Part shown: piece by piece, positions 33,503 through 42,910 of the stretch
Position numbering within the stretch: the stretch's first letter is position 1
Layout: each line of letters starts with the position of its first letter
Assembly (NCBI GenBank): GCA_963737265.1
Contig: CAVTRY010000015.1
Coordinates: 64,001-128,000 of the forward strand
Length of the DNA stretch: 64,000 nucleotides
Direction: 5' to 3'
DNA from: an uncultured delta proteobacterium
GTDB taxonomy: Bacteria; Myxococcota_A; Polyangia; Fen-1088
Notes under the pieces: model-generated
What the model saw: only the letters and a program-made list of their open reading frames with translations
What the model was told of the DNA's origin: nothing
Database searches by the model: none
Translations under genes and position numbers: made by a program

Positions 33503-33919
33503 ATGCAAGCACATACGAACCATCTACGATCCTCAGTCATTCTTGGCGTCGCGGCATTGCTCGCGACCGCCTCCGGCTTGTCGTGCTACGAGCGCCCCAA
33601 CTCGTTTCAACCCATCACCGCCGGCGCCAAACCGTGGAATCCCCCCGCGGGTTGGGATCCCGAGCCGGCCTGCGCGACCGGGTATTACGTCACCATCGAC
33701 ACTTGCGAAGGCTGCAAAGCTCTCTCGTACGCTCTTTGTACCGGGACCGCCTTTACCCAGTGCGTGTGCGGAGGTCCCTTTTGGCCCGGCGCGACTTGCC
33801 CACAAACGTTTGTCTGCGCTACCGACGATTTTCCGCCGTTCAACTGGGTCGAGTTCACGGACTACGCCGGCCCCGGCTGGGCCGGCCTCAGCCAGCTCGG
33901 GGACGCGGGCAGCCCTTGA
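33503..33919 (+). CDS. Small Cys-rich lipoprotein
   Basis: Signal ending SGLSC, multiple cysteines. Confidence 0.6.
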   Translation: MQAHTNHLRSSVILGVAALLATASGLSCYERPNSFQPITAGAKPWNPPAGWDPEPACATGYYVTIDTCEGCKALSYALCTGTAFTQCVCGGPFWPGATCPQTFVCATDDFPPFNWVEFTDYAGPGWAGLSQLGDAGSP

Positions 33920-33970
33920 GCAGTGGCTCCGAGATTCTGCGCGTGCGGGCGAAGCCTGCGCCATGAGGTG

Positions 33971-34441
33971 CTAGTTATTCTGCGCGCCCTCTTGGATCCA
34001 ATTGTAAATGAGCTGCTGTTGATCCGCGGAAAGCGCGTTTCCAGAGAATTTTGAGACTCCCTGGGTCAACATCGTCTGAATATCCGCCGGCATTTGGTTC
34101 CCGCACTTTTGCGGTGGCTGCGAGAGGACCTTCAAGTACATGATGCTAGCTTCCGGCTGGCCTGGAACCACCCGCGTTCCATTCCCCGCGCAAACAGCCC
34201 CCATGCATGGCGTGCCGACGAGGCTCCAGTACGCGAATACCTGCGAGCTCATGTCGAGGGCGCTGAATTTTATCCCCACGTAGTTGTAGTGGCAGTAGTC
34301 GTTGCTGCAGGTCGGCTTGATGATCTCGGCGTAGACCTTGGTGAACGAGTTAGGGGACGCCGGTGCGTTCGCGCCACATCCAAGGCCGAGAGCCGCGGAG
34401 GCCGAGATTGCGAACAACGTTCCTAGAACCGTGTGTCTCAT
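33971..34441 (-). CDS. Lipoprotein with cytochrome-c-like domain (CX4CH)
   Basis: Lipobox LGLGC; FTKVY..I..TCSNDYCH, VVPGQPEAS, QMP, LS..QQ.LIYNWIQEGA. Confidence 0.65.
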   Translation of the reverse strand: MRHTVLGTLFAISASAALGLGCGANAPASPNSFTKVYAEIIKPTCSNDYCHYNYVGIKFSALDMSSQVFAYWSLVGTPCMGAVCAGNGTRVVPGQPEASIMYLKVLSQPPQKCGNQMPADIQTMLTQGVSKFSGNALSADQQQLIYNWIQEGAQNN

Positions 34442-34680
34442 CGATTTCTCCACTAGTCCATGTCGCCGGGGGAGCTTCAACGGCTCTCCTCCTGGGGAAC
34501 CGCGATTATAGTCTATTGCTGGCGCCCGGGGGCAACACTGTCAAACAGATTTCTGCACAAATCGGAGGCGCCCGCCCCTGACGCGGTAGTCGAATCGTCG
34601 CGACTAGAACTGGTGGAAGTTGCGCACGGGTCTTAAGGAGATCGCATCTACGACCGATAAAGTAGGACAGAAAAAGTGCC

Positions 34681-35646
34681 ATGAGTGTCGCGCCGCAACA
34701 AGCAGCCCGATCGTGCATCATTACCGTCGGTGGCGGTAAGGGTGGCGTGGGCAAGAGTATCGTCGCGCTCAACCTCGCCGCCGCGCTGGCGCAAGACGGT
34801 CATCGTGTGGTGATCGCCGATATGGATCTCGGCGCCGCCAACCAGCATCTGCTGCTCGGTCTGCTCAACCCGGCCAAGGGACTTCAGGACCTGCTCGACA
34901 AGTCGGTGAAGGAAGCCAGGAACTGCTTAACCGAGACCCGAGTGCCCAACCTTCGGTTGCTGGCCGGTACGAGTGGCGTGCTGGGTGCCGCCAACATCAC
35001 CCATGCCCAGAAGGTTCGATTGCTGCGCAAGCTGCGCTCCCTGGAGGCGGACATCGTCGTCGTCGATGTCGGTGCGGGCGTCGGATACAACGCGCTCGAT
35101 TTCTTCGATCTCGGCGTGCGCAAGGTGCTCGTGACCACGCCCCAGGTCACCGCCCTTCACGATGCCTACGCGTTTCTCAAGAGCGCGGTGCTGCGCCTGC
35201 TACGGCACAACGTGGAGGAAGCCGTCGATGCAGCCCTGCTCGAGCCGGCCACGCTGAGCACGAGCAATGAAAAGGTGGTGCAGATCTTGGCCAACCTACG
35301 CGAGACGCGTCCGCTATTGGCCGACAAGGTGTTCGCCAAGATTGAAGGCTTTGGTGCGTGCATGGTCGGCAACCAGGTCTTCAAGGACGCGCATGCCGGC
35401 GTCTTCGGGGCGGTGTCGCATACCATGCACGACTACCTTGGGCTGAACGTTCCCATCCTTGGGTGGCTGCGCACATCGACCGTGATTCATGAATCCGTCA
35501 ACCGCCGGCGGCCACTGGCGCTTGACCCGGGCACCAAGGACAACACAGCCTTTCGCAGCCTGGCCCGGGCACTGCTTGCGACCCTACCAGCCGATGGCAT
35601 CGTCGAAGAGGTGGCCATCGACGAGCCATCTGCGTCCTGCGGCTAG
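34681..35646 (+). CDS. MinD/FlhG-family P-loop ATPase
   Basis: GGGKGGVGKS, DMDLGAAN, VDVGAG. Confidence 0.85.
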   Translation: MSVAPQQAARSCIITVGGGKGGVGKSIVALNLAAALAQDGHRVVIADMDLGAANQHLLLGLLNPAKGLQDLLDKSVKEARNCLTETRVPNLRLLAGTSGVLGAANITHAQKVRLLRKLRSLEADIVVVDVGAGVGYNALDFFDLGVRKVLVTTPQVTALHDAYAFLKSAVLRLLRHNVEEAVDAALLEPATLSTSNEKVVQILANLRETRPLLADKVFAKIEGFGACMVGNQVFKDAHAGVFGAVSHTMHDYLGLNVPILGWLRTSTVIHESVNRRRPLALDPGTKDNTAFRSLARALLATLPADGIVEEVAIDEPSASCG

Positions 35647-35651
35647 TCTAG

Positions 35652-37277
35652 CTAGGAGCCTGTCGCGGAGCGACTGCTGCGGCCAGGCTGGACGGCGGAA
35701 ATGAACTTGATGCTCCGGTTTTCCTCTTCGGCGCGGCGAAGCAGCCACTCGGTCTCGAACAGCACCAGTGGCCGGCCTTCAACGTCGATGACACAGCTCT
35801 GCCGGCCGGGCAGCTCCAGCTTGTCGAAATCGAGGCCGGTGCCTTCGATCCAGCGAGCAAAGCGATAGGGCAGGCGGTCGAGGCCGATGGGCACGCGGTA
35901 CTCCGACATCAAGCGGTGCTCGATGACTTCGAATTGCAGCACGCCCACGGCGCCCAGGATCGGATCGCGCTCCATGCGCTGGCGGTCGAAGAAAAGTTGC
36001 ACGGCGCCTTCCTCGGAAAGCTGATCGAGACCTTTCTTGAGCTGCTTGCGCTTCAAGGGATCGTCGAGGCGCACGCGCACGAAATGCTCGGGCGAAAAAC
36101 GCGGGATGCCCTCGAATTCCACCGGCTCGCCCTCGCACAGACTGTCGCCGATACGCAGGATGCCGGGATCCCACAGGCCCACGATGTCGCCCGAATAGGC
36201 TTCGTCCACCACGGTGCGCGTCTGGGCCATGAACTGCACCGAGCGTGTGAGTGATAGCGTCTTGCCGGTGCGCACGTGCTTGACGTCCATGCCGCGGGCG
36301 AAGCGGCCCGAGCAGATGCGCACGAAGGCGATGCGGTCGCGGTGCTGCGGATCCATGTTGGCTTGGATCTTGAATACGAAGCCGGAGAAGCTCGGGTAAT
36401 CGGGTTCGAGGGATCCGGTCGAGGTCAATCGCATGCGCGGTGGCGGCGCCAGCTCGACGAAGCGATCGAGCAGCGGATCGAGCCCGCAGTTGGTCATGGC
36501 GCTGCCGAAAAAGACCGGCGTCATATGGCCGGCGAGGAATCGTTCCTCGTTGAACGCCGTGCCCGCGGTTTCCAGCAACTCGAGCTCGTCGCGCACCTTC
36601 GCTATTTCGTTCGCACCGACGGCCCCCTGCAGCTCGGGGTCGTCCCAACCGGTCCTGTGCATGCCCACGCGGCGCGCGCGCGAGCCGCCCTCGAAGAGCA
36701 ACACGGATTTGCCCCAGCGATCGTAGACGGCCGCAAACGTCGGCCCCGATCCGATGGGCCAGTTGGCCGGGCTGCACGGAATGCCCAGCACGCGTTCGAT
36801 CTCGTCGAGCAATTCGAACGGTTCTTTTCCGCTGCGGTCCATCTTGTTGACGAAGGTCACGATGGGAATTCCGCGCATGCGGCAGACTTGGAACAGCTTG
36901 ATGGTCTGCGGCTCCACGCCCTTGACACAATCGATGAGCATGATGGCGGTGTCGGCGGCAGACAGCGTCCGGTAGGTGTCCTCGGAAAAATCGTTGTGGC
37001 CAGGGGTGTCGAGCAAATTCATATGCCGGCCGGCGTAGTCGAACTGAAGCACGCTGCTCGACACTGAGATGCCGCGCTGGCGTTCGATGTCCATCCAGTC
37101 GCTGGTCGTTTGGCGACCGTCGCCCTTGGTCCGCACGGCTCCGGCCACGTGCAGCGCGCCGCCATAGAGGAGCAGTTTTTCCGTCAGCGTGGTCTTGCCT
37201 GCGTCAGGGTGGGAGATGATGGCGAAGGTCCGCCGGTTCGCGACCTCCGCGCGCAATCGTTTGAGCTGCTCGTCCAT
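35652..37277 (-). CDS. prfC: Peptide chain release factor 3
   Basis: RRTFAIISHPDAGKTTLTEK, DTPGH.DFSEDTYR, FKIQANMDP.HRDR. Confidence 0.98.
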   Translation of the reverse strand: MDEQLKRLRAEVANRRTFAIISHPDAGKTTLTEKLLLYGGALHVAGAVRTKGDGRQTTSDWMDIERQRGISVSSSVLQFDYAGRHMNLLDTPGHNDFSEDTYRTLSAADTAIMLIDCVKGVEPQTIKLFQVCRMRGIPIVTFVNKMDRSGKEPFELLDEIERVLGIPCSPANWPIGSGPTFAAVYDRWGKSVLLFEGGSRARRVGMHRTGWDDPELQGAVGANEIAKVRDELELLETAGTAFNEERFLAGHMTPVFFGSAMTNCGLDPLLDRFVELAPPPRMRLTSTGSLEPDYPSFSGFVFKIQANMDPQHRDRIAFVRICSGRFARGMDVKHVRTGKTLSLTRSVQFMAQTRTVVDEAYSGDIVGLWDPGILRIGDSLCEGEPVEFEGIPRFSPEHFVRVRLDDPLKRKQLKKGLDQLSEEGAVQLFFDRQRMERDPILGAVGVLQFEVIEHRLMSEYRVPIGLDRLPYRFARWIEGTGLDFDKLELPGRQSCVIDVEGRPLVLFETEWLLRRAEEENRSIKFISAVQPGRSSRSATGS

Positions 37278-37353
37278 CGATGGAGCTGCGTAAGGTAGCA
37301 GGTGCGTCCGCGTTTCGGGCGCGATTTATTACCGCGCGGGGCCTAAGTGCGGC

Positions 37354-38406
37354 TTAGTAGCCTTGGCCATCCGGCGCGGGCTTCACCTTGCCGCGGTGGA
37401 TTTTGAACAGAAATACGAAATACAAGAGCGCGATGGGAAAGCCCAAGAACCACCACTTGGCGCCCGTGCGCAGCCCGTGTGGACTGACGGCGGCGTTGTA
37501 CGCGGTCAGGCTCCAGGCGGGATCGAGGCTGGATTTGAGCATGACCGGAAACACACACGCTGCGGTGGCGGCAAGCAGGCCGACGATGAAAGCGGCGCTG
37601 CCCACGAAGGCGAGCAAGTAGCGGCGGCGCGACTGGCCCCAAAAAACGGTGGCAAGCCCCAACATGAAAATCAGCGTACCGATCCAGGCCAGGGGCGCGC
37701 TTGGCAGATTCTTGTAGATGTCAGGATTGACGTGCGCTGTGGCGATGGTGGCCAGTCCGCCAACGACCGCGGTCAACACCCACAGCGGCAGGGCGACCTT
37801 GCGCGCGCGCTCGTGCACGGAGCCCTCGGTCTTCCACGCCAGGAACAAAGCGCCGTGGCTGGCGATGGTCACGAGAACGAACACGCCCATGAGGACTGTG
37901 TACCAGTCCAAGATTCCCACCGGGTTTTGCGTTCCGAAATGGGTGAAGAGCGGAATGTTGAAATACCCCGAATCGTCGACGGGCACGCCGCGGACCACGT
38001 TGCCGAGAGCGGCGCCGAGCAGCACGGGCATGAGCACGCTGGCAAAGGTGAACACGAAGTCCCAGAAACCTCGCCACATCCGATCGGCGACGTGGCTGCG
38101 GAATTCGATGGAGATGCAGCGCAGGATAAGCGTCCACACCACCATGAACATGGCCAGGTAGAAGCCGGAAAACCCCGAGGCCAGCACCTTGGGAAAGGCG
38201 AGAAAAAGGCTCCCGCCGCCGGCCAGCAGCCAAACCTCATTGCCATCCCAATAAGGACCGATGGCGCCCAGGACTTGGCGGCGCTCGGTATCAGTGCGCG
38301 CGACGAAGTGATGCAAGATGCCCGCGCCGAAATCGAAACCGTCCGCCACGGCGTAGAGGGCGATCATCACGCTCACGAGCCAAAACCAAAGCATTTCCAT
38401 GGTCAT
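37354..38406 (-). CDS. cydB: Cytochrome bd ubiquinol oxidase subunit II
   Basis: DGFDFGAG, IGPYWDGNEVWL, EFR. Confidence 0.97.
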   Translation of the reverse strand: MTMEMLWFWLVSVMIALYAVADGFDFGAGILHHFVARTDTERRQVLGAIGPYWDGNEVWLLAGGGSLFLAFPKVLASGFSGFYLAMFMVVWTLILRCISIEFRSHVADRMWRGFWDFVFTFASVLMPVLLGAALGNVVRGVPVDDSGYFNIPLFTHFGTQNPVGILDWYTVLMGVFVLVTIASHGALFLAWKTEGSVHERARKVALPLWVLTAVVGGLATIATAHVNPDIYKNLPSAPLAWIGTLIFMLGLATVFWGQSRRRYLLAFVGSAAFIVGLLAATAACVFPVMLKSSLDPAWSLTAYNAAVSPHGLRTGAKWWFLGFPIALLYFVFLFKIHRGKVKPAPDGQGY

Positions 38407-38409
38407 CTC

Positions 38410-39750
38410 CTAGTGTGACGCCGGCGTGCCGTGGGGAGCCGGACCATGGGCGATTTCGCGCATGATGAGGAAGAGAAATAGAAACCCGAGAATGACGAAA
38501 AGGCCGGCAAAACCCAGCGCGGTGAAGACGGTCTCGCCACTATGCACAAGGTGGCTCGTTCCCTCGCGCGTGCGCACAAGCCCGTAAAGCAACCAGGGCT
38601 GCCGGCCGAGCTCCGCCGTCATCCAGCCCGCCGTGGTGGCGATGTATGGGAAGGGAAAGGCCAGCATCAGGATCCAAAGCAGCCAGCGTGACTTGATCAA
38701 GGCGCCGCGCCAGAGCTGCAAAGCGGCCAGGGCCATGATCGCGATGAAGATGGTTCCGAGCCCTGCCATGATGTGAAAGCTGTAGTAGAGCAGCTCGATG
38801 TTCGGCGGCCACTGTTCGGGTGGGAACTCGCTAAGCCCCTTCACGTTGCTTTCGAACGATCCGTAGGCGATGAAGCTGAGAATGCCAGGCATGCGCACGG
38901 GGTTGTCCAGGCGCTGGTGTTGCACGTCCGGCTGCCCGATGAAATTGATCTCGGCCCAGTTGCCGCTGTTCCAGCGACCTTCCATCGCCGCCAGAGCCGC
39001 GGGCTGATGCGCGGCCACCATTTTGCCCTGCCTGTCCCCGGTGGGGAAGGCCACGAGCAGGCTGGCAAGTAGCCCGACGATGATGCCGGTGCGAAGGAAG
39101 ATACTCGCCTGCGCCCGGTGCTCGTCGCGCAGGGTGTAGTAGGCGCCCACCGCGCACACCACGAACGAGGCGGTCACCACGGCGGCGATCATGTTGTGCG
39201 CGTATTCGACAAGCGCCCAGGGATTGAGTAAAAATGCGCCCAGGCTTGCGATCTGAAAGGTGCCGTCGCGAGCGATGCTGTGACCTGCGGGGTGCTGCAT
39301 GAACGCGTTGGTGACGATGATGAAGTAGCCGCTCAGCCACGAGCCCAAGAACAGCGCCCACGCGGCGAGGTCGTGGATCTTGCGGCCGACCTTCTCTTCG
39401 CCCCACAGCAGGAGGCCGAGGAAGCTCGATTCCAGGAAGAAGGCGAACAGGCCCTCCATCGCCAGGGTCTGGCCGATCACGCCGCCCGCCCGCTGGCTGA
39501 ATTGCGCCCAGTTGGTTCCGAACTGGAATTCCATGGGAATGCCGGTGACGACGCCGACCGCGAAGTTGATGCCGAAGATTCGGATCCAGAAGCGCGCGGC
39601 GTCCTGGTACTTCTCGCCGCCGGCACGACGAGCGAGCATCTTGAACAACACGATGAACAGCGCCAGCCCCATGGTGAGCTGGGGGAAGAGATAGTGGTAG
39701 GTGGCGGTGAAGCCAAACTGGAGGCGGTGCCAGAACACGGGATCGCTCAT
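38410..39750 (-). CDS. cydA: Cytochrome bd ubiquinol oxidase subunit I (short Q-loop)
   Basis: RLQF...HYLF, EFQFGTNW, NAFMQHP, ELGRQPW. Confidence 0.97.
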   Translation of the reverse strand: MSDPVFWHRLQFGFTATYHYLFPQLTMGLALFIVLFKMLARRAGGEKYQDAARFWIRIFGINFAVGVVTGIPMEFQFGTNWAQFSQRAGGVIGQTLAMEGLFAFFLESSFLGLLLWGEEKVGRKIHDLAAWALFLGSWLSGYFIIVTNAFMQHPAGHSIARDGTFQIASLGAFLLNPWALVEYAHNMIAAVVTASFVVCAVGAYYTLRDEHRAQASIFLRTGIIVGLLASLLVAFPTGDRQGKMVAAHQPAALAAMEGRWNSGNWAEINFIGQPDVQHQRLDNPVRMPGILSFIAYGSFESNVKGLSEFPPEQWPPNIELLYYSFHIMAGLGTIFIAIMALAALQLWRGALIKSRWLLWILMLAFPFPYIATTAGWMTAELGRQPWLLYGLVRTREGTSHLVHSGETVFTALGFAGLFVILGFLFLFLIMREIAHGPAPHGTPASH

Positions 39751-39792
39751 GAGATGTCTCCTTACCGCGGATTTTGCTCGCTGGGCTTACAA

Positions 39793-41160
39793 TCATGCAA
39801 TGGGCGCAGGCGGCACGCGCGCGCTTACCAACCAACCGTCAACCCACTTGTCCGCTTCCTTGCGCAACGTGACCTCGCGGATGGACGGGCCGACAATACC
39901 CACGTCGTGAAGAATATGTCGAAGATACTCGATGGTGTGGCTGTAACGGCCGTGAGGATTCAGCCGGTAGCCGCCAGGCGCATCCGCAGGCTCCGCGCGT
40001 TCCACGGTGAAGATTAGCGCGCCATCGGGCAGAAGTGCCTTGGCGGCGGCGGCGGCGAAATCGGCGAGATCGCCAAAGTACACGAGCGTGTCGGCCGACG
40101 CGATGAGGTCGCTAGATCGCGGGTGCTGGCGCAGGAACGCGGTCAGCTCTTCGAGCACCAGGGCATCGTAAACCTTGCGCTCGCGCGCCAATTCGAGCAT
40201 GGCCGGCGAGAGATCCACGCCAATGAGGAAGCGGGCGGCCGGGCGCAAGAGGGGGCCGCACAAGCCAGTGCCGCAGCCGGCATCGAGCACGGCTAGCCGC
40301 GCGTCGGGATCGCCGAAGACCTGGGTGACCGCTTCGGCGACGAGCGCGGGTGCGCGGTATTCCAATCGCGCCAAGGACTCGTCGAAGCAGGAAGCGAAAC
40401 CGTCGAATTCGCTGCGCAGGTACTCATCCGAAGCGCGCTCGGGAACACCGTTTCCCGAGCAAGCGGCGGACATGTGGCGGGCTCGCGGGTCGTTCGGAAA
40501 CAGCGCCAGCCAACGGCGATAGATCTCGGTGGCTTCCTCGATACGTCCGGTGGCGTACAACACAGCGCCGAGGTAGCGGTACGAATCGGGCGATTGTGGC
40601 GCCAACCGCGCCGCCTCGCGATGCGCCTCCAGGGCTTCTTCCACGCGGTTCAGCCCGCTCAGGGCATTGCCGAGGTTCTGCCAGGCCCCCGCATGATCCG
40701 GTTTAAGCGCGATGACTTCGCGGAACGTCGCGACCGCGCCTTCCAGATCCCCCCGTTCCCGGCGCACGGTGCCGAGGTTGTTGAGGGCGTTCGCATCCTT
40801 GGGGCGCAACTCCAGGGCACGCCGGTAATCCACTTCAGCCTCGTCGAGGCGGCGCAGATGCTTGAGCACATTGCCCCGGTTATTTAACGCGTCTGCGTGG
40901 TCAGGTATCAGCTCCAGCGCCCGTCCGATGAGCTCCAGAGCCTTTTCGTTGTGGCCTAACTGATGCTCGGCCACGCCGAGGAAGTGCAGAGCATCTGCCT
41001 GGTCAGGCGAAACGGCCAAGATTGAACGGTAGATTTTTGCCGCGTCCTCGGTTCGGCCCGCCTGGTGCTTGTGGATTGCCGCGGCCAATTCGTCGCGCAC
41101 CGACATGCGGCGGGCGTGACGGCTCCTTTTCTTCTTGCCGCGTCTCGCTTTGAACGACAT
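39793..41160 (-). CDS. TPR protein with C-terminal SAM methyltransferase
   Basis: TPR repeats followed by LDAGCGTGLCG, ADTLVYFGDL, GRYSH; start could be MSVRD at ~41106. Confidence 0.9.
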   Translation of the reverse strand: MSFKARRGKKKRSRHARRMSVRDELAAAIHKHQAGRTEDAAKIYRSILAVSPDQADALHFLGVAEHQLGHNEKALELIGRALELIPDHADALNNRGNVLKHLRRLDEAEVDYRRALELRPKDANALNNLGTVRRERGDLEGAVATFREVIALKPDHAGAWQNLGNALSGLNRVEEALEAHREAARLAPQSPDSYRYLGAVLYATGRIEEATEIYRRWLALFPNDPRARHMSAACSGNGVPERASDEYLRSEFDGFASCFDESLARLEYRAPALVAEAVTQVFGDPDARLAVLDAGCGTGLCGPLLRPAARFLIGVDLSPAMLELARERKVYDALVLEELTAFLRQHPRSSDLIASADTLVYFGDLADFAAAAAKALLPDGALIFTVERAEPADAPGGYRLNPHGRYSHTIEYLRHILHDVGIVGPSIREVTLRKEADKWVDGWLVSARVPPAPIA

Positions 41161-41435
41161 CCGGGACTCCGAGGTGGAAAGATCGCAGCGTGGGGCAGAG
41201 GCGTCAACCCCGGTTCCCCTGCTCGGACGCCAGCGCCTTCAGTCGAGCGCACGAGAGTTACCAGGTGGTAGATGTAGTTATATGTATATAAAGGTAATAT
41301 TATTCATCACTTGTGGTCAAGAATTCTATTCACAGGAAAAAGCAAATAACTACAAAGTGATAGAATTTTGCCACGCCGTTTTATGGCTGATAGCATCTTG
41401 GGAAAAAGGGCGCTGGAAAGGACGATTTCTCCCGG

Positions 41436-42227
41436 ATGGCTACACACATCAACTCGCCGAGACAACCGCGGTCGCAGATCCCCGGGCGAGGCGCGACCGC
41501 GCCATCGGGCGAACGATCGGAACGTCCGGAACGTCCGGAACGTCCAGTCGAAGAGCTGCGGCTTGAGCACGGACTGTCCACCTATCTTCCGCCGGGAAAA
41601 ATGCTGGGGCTGCAGTTGACCGAAAACCGATACACCATCATCTCGGTACGGCGTGGACAGGATGCCTATCGAGTGCGCGTGCATCGGATGTTCGCTAGCG
41701 CGGAGCCCCGGCTCGTGCGCGCGTTGGCACGGTTCGTAGTGCACAACGACCAGCGCGCATCATCGCAGCTCGGCGAATTTATCGAACGCAACCAACATCT
41801 AATCAAACAGCAGCCCAAGCGGCGGCAGCCAATGGTTCTGCGCCCGCGCGGCCGCGTGCACGACCTCGCTGCTATCTTCGACCGGCTTAACCGATGCCAT
41901 TTTGACGGCAAGCACGATGCACGGATTACCTGGGGATCGGCGCCAAGGCGCGCCCAGCAGCGGTCAATCAAGGTGGGGAGCTTTTCCGTGGAAGACCGCC
42001 TGATCCGCATTCATCCCGCACTGGATCAGGACCTGGTTCCTCGCTTTTTCGTGGAGTGGATCGTTTTTCACGAAATGCTGCACGGCAAGCATGCGATCCG
42101 CCGGGTGCGCGGGCGACGCAGTTTCCACCCCGCCGAATTTTCGCATGAGGAGCGGCAATTTCCCGATTACGGGCGTGCCCGCCTGTGGGAGCGGGACAAT
42201 ATGGACTGCCTGCTCGGGGGCAGCTGA
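41436..42227 (+). CDS. SprT/YgjP-like zinc metalloprotease
   Basis: FDRLN...F, ITWG, IRIHPALD, FHEMLH; start uncertain. Confidence 0.8.
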   Translation: MATHINSPRQPRSQIPGRGATAPSGERSERPERPERPVEELRLEHGLSTYLPPGKMLGLQLTENRYTIISVRRGQDAYRVRVHRMFASAEPRLVRALARFVVHNDQRASSQLGEFIERNQHLIKQQPKRRQPMVLRPRGRVHDLAAIFDRLNRCHFDGKHDARITWGSAPRRAQQRSIKVGSFSVEDRLIRIHPALDQDLVPRFFVEWIVFHEMLHGKHAIRRVRGRRSFHPAEFSHEERQFPDYGRARLWERDNMDCLLGGS

Positions 42228-42271
42228 AGAACTGTCCAAAGTTGGATAGCTATTCATGGACACGTCTTGAC
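42224..42271. repeat. Collapsed copy of the 2186-2346 palindromic element
   Basis: CTGAAGAACTGTCCAAA equals 2186-2202 and ATGGACACGTCTTGAC equals 2331-2346. Confidence 0.85.
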
Positions 42272-42397
42272 ATCTTGGCAAGGCGTGCGGTCGATCTGCG
42301 CCAGGAAAGCGCGGAGCCCGCGTCGCACGGGTGGTTTCTCCACAAGGCAAGGGGCTTTCTTCATGGAACGATTGATGCTAGTTCCCTGACGAGGAAG

Positions 42398-42892
42398 ATG
42401 AAGACGGCCAAACTCGCCACGCTTTGGGTGCTGCTCGTGACCGCGGGCCTCGGCTGTGCGCACGGGCGTTACTTGCCCGGCACGACCATCGTCGCGACCG
42501 ACACCAACCGGGAAATCCTCAATACCATCGAAGAATACCGCACGAAGCTCATGGAGAGGGACGTCGACGGTCTTCTCCTTCTGGCATCCGAAAGGTATTT
42601 CGAAGACGGCGGCACGCCCCAGGCCAACGACGACTATGGGCTAGCCGGTCTCGCTGCCATCTTGCGCGGACGGTTGCAGCGCGTGGAATCCATCCGCTAC
42701 GAGATCCAGTACAAGAGCGTCAGGTTGAGCAGCGACGGCCGTGCGGAGGTCGAGGCCTTTCTCACCGGCGCATTCGAATTGCAGGGCGAGACCGGCGAAC
42801 GCTATCGGCGCATCAGCGACTTCCACCGCTTTTTGCTCGAGCGCTCGACGGGCGGCGGGTCGGCGAAGTGGAAGTTCCTTTCCGGCATGTAA
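42398..42892 (+). CDS. NTF2-like (DUF4440-type) lipoprotein
   Basis: Lipobox AGLGC; RDVDGLL.LASERY.ED; ends WKFLSGM. Confidence 0.7.
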   Translation: MKTAKLATLWVLLVTAGLGCAHGRYLPGTTIVATDTNREILNTIEEYRTKLMERDVDGLLLLASERYFEDGGTPQANDDYGLAGLAAILRGRLQRVESIRYEIQYKSVRLSSDGRAEVEAFLTGAFELQGETGERYRRISDFHRFLLERSTGGGSAKWKFLSGM

Positions 42893-42910
42893 AAGGTCGG
42901 GCTCGGGCGG

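Noticed and set aside
41268-41310. dif site
   Set aside because: No recognisable XerD arm (TTATGTTAAAT-like).
41518-41545. CGGAACGTC x3
   Set aside because: In-frame 9-bp repeat in a disordered N-terminal region; no functional evidence.
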